A stretch of 64,000 bases of DNA, taken from contig NC_045698.1 of NCBI RefSeq assembly GCF_009834535.1, positions 8,310,001-8,374,000 of the forward strand. The letters run 5' to 3'. The notes beneath the pieces were generated by a model. That model was given only the letters and a program-made list of their open reading frames with translations, was not told the origin of the DNA and made no database searches. The first letter of the stretch is position 1. Every line of letters starts with the position of its first letter. Of this stretch, positions 1-13,300 are shown piece after piece. The translations under genes and the position numbers were made by a program. Source of the stretch: Camelus ferus. Taxonomy: Eukaryota.

Positions 1-2409
1 ATACATATTCATAAACTTTTCTAAATGTTTCTTCATTATATTCTCCTGGAAAATAATATTGTAGAGGGTGGAGTCAGAGGTGCTACTTTTGAGCTCATTA
101 CTCACCAACTTAAGACTCTATTTTCACCCACAATGTTCGTAGAATATTCTGAAGCCATCCTCAGAGCCTACACATCATTTTTTGGATTCACCGTGAAGTG
201 AATCAGAAGAAACTCTCCCTGCATGAGCACCATGTTGGAGCAGAGGATCCCTGCTCTGCTCAGGCTGGTTTACTCCAAACAGCAAAGTCACCTACAATGC
301 TCATTCAAAGCAAGCACAGCTATATCCTAAACTCACTTTAATCAGCCTAAAAGTTCTGCTCATTTAATCAGTGGCCACTGTCTTTAATAGCATTCTTAGC
401 AGATCAAAGTAAAGGATGCTGTGTAAATAGGGCAAAGAGATTTATTATAATAATTTTTTCCTGATCTTAATTTCAAAGATTAATTGCTGCCTTTAATGCT
501 GCTGCTTCTACCATTTTCATAACACTTTCTGGAAGCTAAGAAATCCAGTAACTTGGCAACTGAGCAATTTTGTTTCGTATATCCTGTCATTACTCAGTGG
601 CACTCTGCTTGAGATATAGATGCTTAACGAAGAGAATCCTACGCAATCTGTTTCTTGGTGTCTTGTTAGCTATTTTTTGTGAAGAGCTCTTTCCTAATCA
701 GACTGGCTGGGAGCACTTAGGCCGACGCACTCTGCTTTGTGGAGCTCTCCAACAATGCACAGGATGCCATTTTTAATGATGAAGCTCTCATACACAATTC
801 TCAATAGGTTTCCAGCAGACTAGTCCGATTTTTCACCTGGCTGCCTATAATAAGAGTTAAACGGAATAAAAGACAAACCCATAATTATTTCTTATAAAAT
901 AATGTACAGCCTGTATACTCAGTTAAAAAAATCCCTGTTGTTATTAATATTAATTAAAATTATTGCTTATAACATTAATTGTTGCTTCCTAGATGCATAG
1001 GGTATACTTCAAGTCAATTCAACTGGTAAGCGTACAATGTTCTTTGATGTCCTAGATTCTAACTGGGGGGAGTCCAAGGTGGAAGTATCAGGGTCACTGC
1101 TCTCCAGGGGTGCCCCATGGCAGACGTGAGATGCAAGATTTGCCCAACACTGTGTACACATGGAGACTGTTCTCTGACTTGGAAGTTATTCTGTTTGACT
1201 GCAGAGTGTATCCACATTGTAGAGAACTTCCCTTCCTGGTGTCTCGTACCTTGGAAAAGAGCTCACCCATCTCTGAGGCCCAGGGCCCAGTCAACGACCT
1301 GCCTTATTGGCTCAGTTCTGTTAAGTCTTGAGAGCTCTCAGCCCTAATGAAGCACTGACTCCACCTCTCTTCTGATCACCTAGTTTAACTTGCCAATTAC
1401 AAAGGGCTTAGTGACTTCTGAGTCACTCTGTACTGTTGCTGTTTGGGGGCCATCAGTACAGGTCCATGGTCTAGAGGCTTTTAAGTTATTTAAGTGCAAG
1501 AATTGCCCTGATATAACACTGCTGCAATTAGCAAGCCATGGATGACACCATGGCCAGTGGAGGTCTCAGCCCTTCTCCAGCTGAGGCTATCCAGTCGTTG
1601 TCCACAGGGAGTCTCATGGCACAGTCACCTGCCAGTCTCTCTACCAGGATCACCCCCCCCACCCCCAAAGGTTGAACCATGTGGAGCAAAGGGTTAGATT
1701 TTAGTAATTTCCTACATTTGACCTAACACTTCTACAGATACACAGCACCCTGTATAACATGGCTCCAGTTTAGAATGAACTGCCTTCGAAGTCTACGGAC
1801 TTGCTGCCCACATCAGCTACAGGAAATCTCTCCCTGCTCTGAAGTTCCTCTTTAGGGCACTTTTAACTTGTCAGCATCACCCTTTATGGCGCATACCTCG
1901 CTGTTAGGCTGTGGAGCAGGGGGTCTTCCAGAGGTCTGTGCAGGCTCTCTTCACCTCTGCCTCCTACAGACCCCCTTGCTCCCTGGAAGTAAGTGCTTAA
2001 AAATGCTCTGCAAGAAGTCAATGGAAATCTCAGAGAAAGCAGAGAAGATGGTTATGACCCGGGCCTGCGGTTATAATGTCCATGTTTAAAGCCCAACATA
2101 ATTCTTTCCTGCTGGTTGACTCCTACCGCAAATGGAAATAATCATAGTCTATGAGAATTAAACAAATTGGAGAACTAAATAAGTTAAATTCTGAAAAAAT
2201 GCTTAGACTAGGCAAGGGCTCAATGGATATCAGTTTATTATTAGTATTATTTCAAAATGACAAGTTCTGCCAACTCGTTTCCTGTAGACTCAGGGATACC
2301 AAAGACTAGATTGCAAAGTATGAAGCTGTTGGTCTGATTCAAAGCCCAGCGTGTCCAGCGCTGGACATCATCAGTGAAGGCCAGAGGCTGCTTTAGAACA
2401 CAGCTCAGA

Positions 2410-2572
2410 TGACAATGCCCGTCTGCTCATGGGGTTCACCTGGGGCACCTTAAAAGCTATGGACTTCCAGGCTCTTCCACAGGCTAGTGAAATCAGCTGG
2501 GGTCCCAGTATCTGTGTTTTTAAAAGCCTCCCAGGTGACTCTTACAGCACAGCCAGCCTTGAGAATGCTAAT
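2410..2572. mobile_element. MER5-type hAT-Charlie MITE, degraded
   Basis: cacctggggcacctt...atctgtgtttttaaaagcctcccaggtgactctt...cagccagccttgagaa resembles the MER5 consensus. Confidence 0.55.
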
Positions 2573-4619
2573 ATAAAACACTCCGGGGCCACACTTCACC
2601 ATTACTTTGCGCACTTTGGTACTAGTTCCTGGATAATTGTAAATAACCATAAAAAAAGTCATTCAAAGTCGAAGTCCTTTTCCAAGGTTGTCACGCCCCA
2701 ATTAGGAAAGAATTGCCATTTCTGTTTCTTTTATTTCCTACAACCACGGCCGCCACAATAAAAGGACATCAAAGAACAGAAGACATTTCCCAAATGTGAC
2801 AAGAGTTTAGGGATCATGGAAAAAGCGTAACTAAGCTTCGAGCCTTAGAGAATTACAAACATGCCCGCATTTTTCTATAAAAGGCTACAGATAAGGAACA
2901 GGAAATAGTTTCCTTATCTTTGGTAAGGGGACGTTTGGATATGACACCTAAACCAAATTGATTTTACTGTTTGACTACAATAAATTTTTTCCCAGGGCAT
3001 ATGAACCCAAATACGTATCAGGCCCCAATACTTGAATTTTATATAAGAAAAATCACCAGATCTTCATATGCTATATTTTTCTCCCTTTGTTAAAAAAATT
3101 AGGGGGGCCTTAAGGAGTCTTTTTTGGACTTTATTCCCAAATCACCCCCACCCATGCAATTTTAACACCACAGATACACCATGTGTCTGTTTATGCACTG
3201 TGGCCTTCGGAGGACCACAAACCACTGTAATATCTAAGAGGTTTTGCCCTCTCCCACGAAAAACAATTTTTGCCCCCTTGGGGACCTCATCGCCGCCCTG
3301 TTGAGAATGCTTTCTACAACTGAAATGGCTGTCTCAGCCCCGAGCCTGCGCTGGGAGGGGCTGCTCTAGAGGGCACCCAAGGGGATCCTCTGGAATCTCG
3401 GAATCTCGGAATCGTGAATACAGTCAGCAATGAGTTATGTCAGGTTCTAACCCCTGGCCCGTACCACGCTGCACAGACCCACCGTCTGATGAAGGCAGCC
3501 CACTTCTGGGGGGGATGGTAAAGCAACGGGTCATCGTAACATAAAGAATGACTGTACTTATCCACGGTCTTCAACGTCCTTTTTAATAGTCCAGATTTTT
3601 CTGCTCATTTTCAGAGTAACCTCTCAGAATGAGAATGCCGAATATTAACTTTGTTTAGTTTTAGAATAAACAACGTGATGGTTATAGCTGCCAACATACA
3701 GGGCTGACCTCCAGCAGCTAGGAAAGCAGAATGTGTCATCACTGTCTGTAACAACTTCCATTTGCATCGTATTTTACCATTTAAAAATGCTTTTGCTATA
3801 TATTCTTATTTAAACCCTGGAAAAGTGGTGAAATGATTATGTACTGAAGAATAAACTTAAGAAGGCATATAATCCAGTCAAGTTATTAGAATTGCACTTT
3901 TAAAAGAAATGAAAAAGTCACCTTGTAACTCTTAGGCAATTTCTCAAAAAACTTATGAAAAATGATGGCTTCCATTTTCACTCTTTACCCGTGTGCGGCT
4001 CAAAACCCATGCCTTTTCCTGAAAATGCCAAAGCCTTAATAAGGCATCACCCTACCTCCGATTCACGTGAGTCCTGCAAAACCCCAAACGATGAGGAACA
4101 GAGGCTAAAGGTTTGGGGTGGGGCTCAGGCCCTCCCTGTCCTTCATTTCTGAATTCTAGTATTCTCATTCATTGATACTGGCTTTTCACATCAAAATCTC
4201 AGAAGAGGCAAGATGTGGAACTGTCTGGCATCTGTGGAACTCGACTAAACACGTGTATCCCCCTCTAACTGTGCTCTGGGGCTGCAAACAGGTATTGCAA
4301 GTCAGTGCAATGCGCTTTTGCCTGTGCGACCGCTCAGTCAAGTGCAGTCAGGTCACTGAGTTTTTCCCAGGTCTCACTCTGAAAACTATTCAGGGGCAGC
4401 CAGCACGGCAGGGTCCTCCTATTATTTTCTGTGTAGATTAAGTCTGCAAATATTCCAGGCTCATAAAAATGCTTCTTCATGTTGAAATATAACAGGGATT
4501 GATTAGAATGGGGAAGAGGTGTGCTTTTCACTCAAGGTACACTCGCCCTGCGTACAGGTGTTGTGTGACGTAAGGAAGATGCGCCTGTACAATGGGGTTA
4601 CTTACAATTAGAACTGTCC

Positions 4620-5165
4620 TGTACTACTGAAACCTGCAGGGCCCTCCTGGGTACAAAGGCCTTTCTGTGTCCCCCATTTCTCCCTGATTTCCAAAGGGCA
4701 GATTCAAACAACCACTAAGTAGAGGAGTGAGGGAACGCAGAAACAAAGGAAAAGCAGTCGAGAGTGTAGCAGAGTCCTGGCTCCTTCCTCGTCAAGGGAT
4801 ACACATGACAATCTGATACACATCTCTGAGCTCTTCTACAGGAACTGAGGCTCCCACCCAGGGGGAGGATTAACTTCAGACTGAGCACAAGCATATAGAC
4901 CCCAGACTGGTTGGAACCAGTTGATAACTGAGATTCCTGGAATGCTACCTTGTTACCTCACCTCCAACCAATCAGAAGAAGGTCACACACCCTGCAGCCC
5001 TCCCCCTAAACTTGCCTTTAAAAACTCTTCCCTGAAACCCACTGGGGAGTGCAGGTCTTTTGAGGATGAGCTGCCCATACTCCTTGCTTGACCCTTGCAA
5101 TAAACCTTTCTCTGCTCTAAACGCTGATATTTCGGATTATTTGGCACACAAACTTGGTGCTGACG
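4620..5165 (+). mobile_element. Solo ERV1-class LTR
   Basis: TG start, CCAAT box (accaatcag, about 4967), TATA-like tttaaaa (about 5017), AATAAA at 5099-5104, then U5-like tail. Ends are approximate. Confidence 0.7.
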
Positions 5166-7174
5166 ATGTTATTTGTACAATTCATGCAACAACAAAATAG
5201 TATGAGAGTTTAGTATTGTCTTGTATTGCTTTGTTTTATTTTGCAGTGTTTTATTCATTCATTGATAAAAAGATAATGATGCCAACAACTTTTGCTTAAA
5301 GCCTCTAGTATGTGCTGGGGCAATTGAGACAAGTTTGATACATATCCTGTATCAGCTCAGCCTAAACCCAGAGGAGAATCACAGGCATTACAAAATAGAA
5401 AAGCCATTACTCAGCTGTGTTTAATGCCATGTGCATACTGCTGGTGATGCTGTCTCCAAACTGAGGTGAATAATTTAAAGTCATTTAAGTCACCAGGGCT
5501 GTCCCATACTTGGTGAAGAAATGACACATCTGCCTTGGAAGACCACACTTTAAACTCAGATCTCAACTAATTCCCACACATAACCCACAATCAGAAGTCT
5601 CAAACACAAGAGAGAGTAAGTCTTTATGAGCAAGACTAACTAGAAGCAATAAAAAGAAGAATAAAATCCACAAATATTTGAAGATAGTGGAATTATTGGG
5701 TTCAGAATATGAAAAAAAAATCTACGTAATATGTTAAAGATACAAAGGGGACTTGGAAATTAAAATTTAGAAGAAATCATCCAATATTCCAAAGCAAATG
5801 TGAATAAGAACAAATTGAACTTAGAGAAATGAAAAAACACAAATTAACATATTAGAAATAGCTTAATAGAACCCTCGTATGCTGCTGATAGGATTAGAGA
5901 TGGTACAGCCACTTTGGGAAACAGTTTGGCATTCTCTTGAAAAGTTAAACACACATCTGCCATATTACCCAGCCATTCTGCATGTAGCTATTTACTCAAA
6001 TGAAAAAAACATATACTTCCACAAGTCTTTGTTCATAGCAGCTTCACTTGTAAATAGCAAAAACTATAAACAACCCAGATGCCCCCAACAGATGAATGAA
6101 CACACCAGTTGTGGGACATTCACACAACGGAATACTGCTCAGCAACAACAATGAATGAGCTATTAATACCGGAGCAATTAAAAATTATAATTCTGTATAA
6201 CGAAACACTTGGCAAATTAGGAATTAAAAGGAATGATGCTAACTAGATAAAATGAGTCTATTTTTTTTAAAAACTACATTGAACACAGCACCACTCAGCA
6301 ATTCCACTTTTAGCTGGACACCCAAGAGAAATGAAAATATGAGCATACAAAATCTTGTATGTAAATGTTCAGAGCAGCACTGTTAGTAACGTCCACAAAG
6401 AGGAAACAACCTAAAGGTCCAACAACTGAATAATGGATAAAGTCTGTTATGTCCGTGCAAAAAAATATTATTGGGTAATAAAAAGAAGTGAAATACAGAA
6501 ATGTGGTACAACATGGATGAACTCTGAAAACATCACACTACATCAAAGGGCCAATCACAAAAACCCGATCTTGTATGATTCCATTTATTCCATTTATATG
6601 AAACGTCTAGAAAAAGCAAATCTATACGAAAGGGTATGAAGCTTCTTTTGGGGGTGATGAAAATGTTAGAAAATTTTGGTAATGGTTGTAAAACCTTATG
6701 AATATACTAAAAACTATTAACTTTCACACTTTAAATGAGTTAATTAAGTGGTATATGAATTATATGTCAATAAAGTTGTAATTTTAAAAACCTGCAGCAG
6801 TTCTTATAATGAGAAAGGAATTCCATTAAATAAAAAAGGTTACCTAGTTTTCCCCCACTTCTTACAGCACAAAAAGAAAACAAAACAAAATGAGAGTTAA
6901 AAGATTTTAATAAAAAAACATAATAATCCTCAGAGATTACTCACGTAAAAACCCTGAAGGAATCTGCAAACAAATTACAGAAGTACTTAAAGAGTTTTTA
7001 GCAAGTTTGCTTGGTGTCAGATCAAGACATAAAAATCAATTGCATTTCTATATAAAAAAGAAACTCTTAGCAGATGCACCTTATAAAAGAGATAACATTT
7101 CCAAGAGCAATGAACACTCTAAGGAAGCACAAATGAAACACAGAACAGGGCAAAGCCTTTAAGAAGAAATGCAT

Positions 7175-7294
7175 GGGAGGGAGGGTATAGCTCAGTGGTA
7201 GAGTTCCTGCTTAGCATGCTTGATGTCTTGGGTTCAATTCCCAGTATCCCCGCTAACAAATAAATAAATAAACCTAATTACCTTCCTCCAAAAA
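7175..7294 (+). mobile_element. Camelid tRNA-derived SINE (Vic-1 type)
   Basis: gagggtatagctcagtggtagag (A box), gggttcaattccc (B box), then aaataaataaacctaattacc tail. Confidence 0.88.
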
Positions 7295-7700
7295 TTTTGA
7301 AAAATGAAGAAAAACAAGAAGAACTGTATAAACAGTAGACAAAATAGACAGCAAGTTCATTAGTAGGAAGACTCAAAATAATACAGCTGTGATTCTCCGA
7401 CTTCCCAGAAGTAGACCACACATTTGTGAAAAATTGACACATGATAGAGGTGGCATTGTAAGCTGATGGAACAAATGACAATCAGTTATTTACATGAAAA
7501 ATAAATTGAATCTCTACCTTTTCCATGCCAAAAAAGAAAAAAGAAATCAATTACAAAGGAATTAAAGACTTTAATGTAAAAAGGTATAATTTCACAATTA
7601 TTTAAAGAAAATATAGGAGATTGTTTTAATGTTGTTTTACTAGGTAAGATTTCTTAAACAAGATTCCAAAAAGCATGAATCCTAAAGAATACAGACTGAC

Positions 7701-7858
7701 TGGTGGAGGATATAGCTCAGTGGTAAGAGTGCATGCTTAGCACGCACAAGGTCCTGGGTTCAATCCCCAGTACCACCATTAAAATAACAAAAAAAAAAAT
7801 TAAACAAATAAACATAGTTACCTCCTCAAAAAAAAAAAAAAAAAAGAAAGAAAGAAAG
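7701..7858 (+). mobile_element. Camelid tRNA-derived SINE (Vic-1 type) with target-site duplication
   Basis: A/B boxes and A/GAAA tail; TSD aaagaatacagactgac (7684-7700) / aaagaaaacagactgac (7859-7875). Confidence 0.92.
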
Positions 7859-8758
7859 AAAGAAAACAGACTGACCAACTTAAGAAAAATATAAACCTCT
7901 CTGTTCATCAGAGGATACCATAAGAAAGTGAAAAAACCCAAACTGGAAGAACATGGTGGTCAACACATTCAACTAAGATTAGTGTCTGGATATATTGAGA
8001 TTTAAAATAACTAAGAAAAAAGGAAAACCACTGATAGAAAAATGTGTGAAAGGCATGAATAGACATTTAATGGAAAAATAAACACGAATATCTAGTAAAT
8101 GTGTAAAAAGTTCTATTAGTGCAGAAGTCAGGGAGATGCAAGCTTCAAAGCCACTAGATCTGCAACAATAGCACCAAAGAGTACCTGGAAAATAGCAAGT
8201 TTTGCTGAGTATATGGTGCAGTGGAGTATTCGTTGCCAACGGGAATTTAAATTTGCACAACGAGGTCTGAAAGCTCTTTGGCATGATAAAGGAAGTTGAA
8301 GATGTTCAAATCCTCAAGGCTGCCAGCACTCCTCTGTGCGGTGCCCAAGAGAAACGCATGTGCATCCGCACCAGGAGCCCCACATAACTATGTTCCAAGC
8401 CATATGTTTCCAAAAGCAAAACCTGCAAACTCTGCAAATGTTCTTCTCAGGAGAAAGGATAAATGCATTTTGGCAATTTTCACACGATGAACTAGGAGGC
8501 ATCAGTGAAAAAAATGCAAGCACCTGCATCAGCATGAATAGATCTGAAAAACATACAGCTGAGTGAAAAAAAGCACGTTGCAAAGAATATGTAACATAAT
8601 TACGTAAGAGTCAAAAACAGACCAACCAAATGATATTCTGCATATTTGGAAGTTTACATATAGGAAAATATAAAGAAATCCAAGGAATGAATTAACACAA
8701 AATTCAGTCAAGTGTTCATCTCTGAGACAGTGAGAGAGGCAATTAAAAAAAGGCAGAG

Positions 8759-8888
8759 GAGGGGAGGGTAGAGCTCAGTGGTAGAGCACGTGCTCAGCAT
8801 GCATGAGGTCCTGGGTTCAATTCGCAGCACCTCCATTAAAATAAACAAATAAATAAACCTAATTACCTCCCCCCCAAATCAAAGAATA
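8759..8888 (+). mobile_element. Camelid tRNA-derived SINE (Vic-1 type) with target-site duplication
   Basis: A/B boxes and aaataaacctaattacctcccc tail; TSD aaaaaaaggcagag (8745-8758) / aagaaaggcagag (ending 8902). Confidence 0.92.
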
Positions 8889-9173
8889 AAAGAAAGGCAG
8901 AGAAGTGTCTCCAACAACCATTGGTCAAACTCTATTTCTTCAGCAGAGCTGCGGCATTTTTGAAACCATGCATATAAACATATCACATACTCTCCACTGT
9001 ATAAATCACATATTTCACTATACTCTGTACACCACTGTCTTAAAATATAAGATTTATTTTTGAAAATTGTTTGTATAACATAATCTCAAAAAATTCTCTT
9101 CATAACTAAAGCCCTATGAATAATGATAATATTTAAAAATAAAGCTATCACTCCTTTTTAATAGAATTTTTTA

Positions 9174-9715
9174 AACATTTTTTATTGAGTTACAGTCATT
9201 TTACATTGTGTTAAATTCCAGTGTAGAGCACAATTTTTCAGTTATACATAAACATATATACATTCATTGTCACATCCTCTTTCACTGTGAGCCACCACAA
9301 GATCCTGTATATATTTCCCTGTGCTACTCAGTACAATCTTGTTTATCTATTCTATATTTTGAAATCCCAGTCTGTCCCTTCCCACCCCCCATCCCCTTGG
9401 CAGCCACAAATTTGTATTCTATGTCTATGAGTCTGTTTCTGTTTTGTATTTATTTATTTAAAAAAATTTTTTTTAGATTCCACATATGAGCGATCTCATA
9501 TGGTATTTTTCTTTCTCTTTTTCGCTTACTTCACTTAGAATGACATTCTCCAGGAACATCCATGTTGCTGCAAATGGAGTTATGTTGTCGGGTTTGATGG
9601 CTGAATAGTATTCCATTGTATAAATATGCCACAGCTTCTTTATCCAGTCATCTGTCGATGGACATTTAGGCTGTTTCCATGTCTTGGCTATTGTAAACAG
9701 TGCTGCCATGAACCA
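9174..9715 (-). mobile_element. Young 5'-truncated camelid L1 (ORF2 C-terminus plus 3'UTR)
   Basis: ORF 9473-9709 [38 protein letters not shown] is the L1 ORF2 end; perfect 18-bp TSD ttttaatagaatttttta (9156-9173 and 9716-9733); same 3'UTR as the L1 ending at 32049. Confidence 0.95.
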
Positions 9716-10349
9716 TTTTAATAGAATTTTTTATTTGGGTATCGTATATTATCATTGTATTCAACTAGCATCTCAGAATTCTATTTGATTGTGTACTTTT
9801 CTGACTTAAAGTGAAAGAATTCTCCCTGGGAATAATGATGCAAGTTAAATCTTTTTTGAAAAATGATGAATCCAATCCCCTGGCAGAAATACTGCCAGTT
9901 CCTTTATGTCTTACTTCTGAAAATTTACTTATTTTTAAGTTTTTAATATTTCTTTAAACATTTTCAGATATTATACAGAAGCTTTATTTCTTCATTAGTT
10001 TATTTTTCCTTTGTTCTGATTCCATGATTTGCACAAGAAACTAAGTTCTGATTAGTTTAGCCCCTCTGGAATGCTATTCATTAGCTAAATATAATAAGTG
10101 TTTGAAACGGTCAGGTTGAAGCTTAAAATACACCTCTGTACCATCCCAAAGGGCAGTTTAAATAGAATCGAGCTAATTTAATTCTTGAATCTCGCTCTTG
10201 CGTCTGCTGTGTTATCTTAGTGTTATGTGGTTGACCACACACATGAAGGGTGGCTTGATAGACATTTTGTTATAGACTCGAAGGAGAGCAGGTTTAACCA
10301 GAAAAGAACTTGTTATTATCTTTACTAAGTAAAATAAGATCCCCAAGAC

Positions 10350-10492
10350 AGCATGCAGAGTAGGTCCCTTGAGGGCAGGCAATTTGCCTTCCTCATCCAG
10401 AGCTGGACTCCCAGTGTCTATTACGCTGTGTGACACATAGTAGGACCATGATTTATATGTGCTGAACGAAGAAATGAATGAATGGATGGATG
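10350..10492 (+). mobile_element. L2 3' end fragment
   Basis: cccagtgtc...gacacatagtaggac...gaatgaatgaatggatgg terminal motif. Confidence 0.6.
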
Positions 10493-12129
10493 AGATCTTG
10501 TACACCTTCCTGTCACAACAGAGGACTTCACAAACCCACGTTCTTTGAGATTTGTCCTTGTTTTACTGACCCTTGCAACCTACTCACACGACTGTCAGCA
10601 ATGCTTCTCTGAATTAGGAACCAGTTAGGAAGACTCAGCTTTTAGACACAAGTCCCAGAGGGATGTTATTAAGTTCCATAATCCCTCAAAGATCCCAAAA
10701 GGCTTTAAAAGGATGCTAACAAATCCAGTGTTTCGGTAACACTGAAGAATTTCTCTATTCCGGTCTTCATCTCTTTGGTAAAATTCTTTTCTACTACCAG
10801 GTTACAAAGGCATTTAATGAAGCTTAGTAATAATAGTAGAACACAGACACTCAAAATTACAGTGACCTTGAACAACCGTCCATCTGAGGCAGATACAATT
10901 TTATGGTGATGAGACTGTCTCAAACAGTGCGATGTTTCAATGCATCGTGGCTATATTATTGCATACATATTACTCACGCATTAATTTAAGAACATCACCA
11001 CACTGTGGTGTCCCTAGCAGAGGATGGTGACAGAATACTCAGTCTTCAGTTAATTTTTGTAACATTGCAAGCATTCAGTAAATAAAACAAAAAGAAGGAA
11101 AAGTATAAATAAATAATATTGCTCTACAAAGAGGAGGGTATTTCCTACCTACTCATGCATGTGACAAGTGAGTCATAAGTATAATTTATCAAAATTAACT
11201 AAGAGGACCAGCCCACATATATCGAATATTTTCTCAGTGACAAACACTGCCGTTTGTTTTAAACATTTTTTCACATTTGATCCTTATAGCAAGCGTCTCA
11301 GATAAGTATGATTCTCCCCAGTCTACAGATAGCTAAATGGAGTTTTTAAAGGACTAGGCTATTTCCCAATACCATGCGGTCAGGAATGTGCAAAGCTGAG
11401 ATTCAAGTCCAAAACTTACCGGTTCCAAACTCCATTGCCTTAAACACCACCGTGCCACCTCCTAATATTAGAGCATCAATATCTGTTGGGTATTTATGAC
11501 ATGACAGGCGATACCTGAGTCCCAAAAGACAGCATGAAACTCTTTACCTTAAATGAGGAATGTCGAAATGCCGAGTCTCAACAGGTGGAGACCATCACAT
11601 TAGAGAGAGAAGGTTAATTGCTAAATTTTGAGTAAAGCATGCAGTCAGTTCCTTGGACAGATCTTTTCAATAAAATCTCGCTGAGAGTTACATTCTCAAG
11701 TAAGTGCCTGAGACTAAGCAACAATGTGTGACAATTTTTAAACTTCCTTCAGCTCTGGAGGTACTAAACAAACAGATGTTTCAGAAGACTGGGGCTTATG
11801 AATTCCACTTTACTGTCAACAAATTAGGCAACATCTTTGCTGCCTGCTGCTAACGCAGCAAACTCTTAAATTTAAAATTCTATGATAGTTTCTCCTTGGT
11901 AAAAGGGAATTAGCATACATTCACATACTGTGAAATAAAAACAGCAAGAGTTTCTTGTTGAAAATAGGCAATGCTCGTGGTAAAGCTAAGCTCACAGTGT
12001 TGGCTTAGCCTACCACATTTGAAGTTTAAAAAAAAATTAGTAATTTTGCAATCCTACTATGTCTCCTTTGACACAAGTGAGTCCCCAGACCTTCCCAACA
12101 CTAACTCTGAAATGCTCCAGGTGCTCACG

Positions 12130-12735
12130 ACCTTGGTTTAAGCGTTATGACCCATCTCCCGCACTGAGGCTGCCATCTCTAACTTGTGTGGCTGTCACCG
12201 GCCCCCACGTGCTTCAGTCCATTCTCCATGCCGCTGGCAGGACCAGTGCTTCCTTCCAGGACATCACTTCCTTGGGTAAAACTGTCTTCCATGCTCTGTT
12301 GCCCACTCAGTGAAACCCAGAACCTCTAGCCTGACCAATATGGCCGCTCACAGAATGGTCACGCCTGTCTGCCCCCTTACCCAACGCCAGTCCACCTGTG
12401 GGCTCACTATGCCAACCACACTGGTGTCAAATTCACCCTTGTCTTTCTGCCTTTGTACTTTCTGAGCAGTGCCTTGATCCCAATTATTTCCCTGCGAATG
12501 TTCGACATCCCTGACACACAAACGTCCCTCTGTGAAACCGTCCCTGGTACTGCGTCCCATTCTCTCACGGCACTGACACATTTTACCACGTTTGGCCTGC
12601 TTAAGGGCCTCTGTCTGCATTTGGTGGTAAATCCCCGGAGACCCCGAGCTGCATCGTGGTCACCTGTGACGCACAAGGGGCACCACTAACATGCTGGGCC
12701 CTCCAAGACGTCCACAAGCATTTTTTTTTAATGGA
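12130..12735 (+). mobile_element. Degraded L2 3' region
   Basis: Pyrimidine-rich L2-like motifs ending in ...aagcatttttt...taatggaa. Boundaries approximate. Confidence 0.5.
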
Positions 12736-13174
12736 ACCCATGATAATTTCTTAAAAGTTCCAGCCCACCTTGTCTCTCAGTGCGAAAATCTCTGTTCCAG
12801 CTCCCTATCTTCTCCCCAATTTTTATCCAATCAAGAAAACACCCAGACCATTTGAGGTGGCATATAATATACTTACAAATTTCTTTCTGACTGCATTTTC
12901 CCAAAATATAAAGTCCATGCCATGACCTAACTGGAGATTCCTATATTGAGAAAAAGCTATGCACATGCACATGCACACATCTGTCTGCCCTCCTCTGCAG
13001 CACCAAATCTATGTGGTAACATCTTGCTAGTCTTATTATTTAACTACTTGGATCTGTTATTCAAGTTCAAGTAACGTCTCCTTATTAAAATGTTCACACA
13101 GGCTCATGGCCTGTGAAAGGTCTGAATAAGAGGAAGAGCACACAGTGGGAGAGTGAGAGCTGGGACAGACCCAG

Positions 13175-13300
13175 GTGCTCACTGTCTCCTATTTTGCAGG
13201 TGAGGAACCGGAGGCCCAGAAAACCCAAATGATTTGTCCCAAGTCACAGCTTGAGTATTTGATGCCAAGACTAGGATCTTCCTGCTCTGCCCCAATTGTC
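13175..13300 (-). mobile_element. MIR SINE core
   Basis: cctattttgcaggtgaggaaccggaggcccaga...gatttgtcccaagtcacagc. Confidence 0.7.

Larger units (their letters stand above)
5600..8720 (+). mobile_element. Nested old L1M (L1MB/MC/ME-like) fragments: ORF2 end and 3'UTR pieces, interrupted by SINEs
   Basis: ORF 5879-6154 (MVQPLWETVW...LPYYPAI...FIAASL...KQPRCP) resembles the L1 ORF2 C-terminus; L1M-type 3'UTR at about 6290-6790; further A-rich decayed ORF2 to about 8700. Confidence 0.75.

Noticed and set aside
7175..8888. tRNA-like sequences with A and B boxes (also 53032-53151 and 61593-61724)
   Set aside because: They have the Vic-1 SINE tail, A-rich ends and mostly clear TSDs, and they differ from each other; they are SINEs, not tRNA genes.
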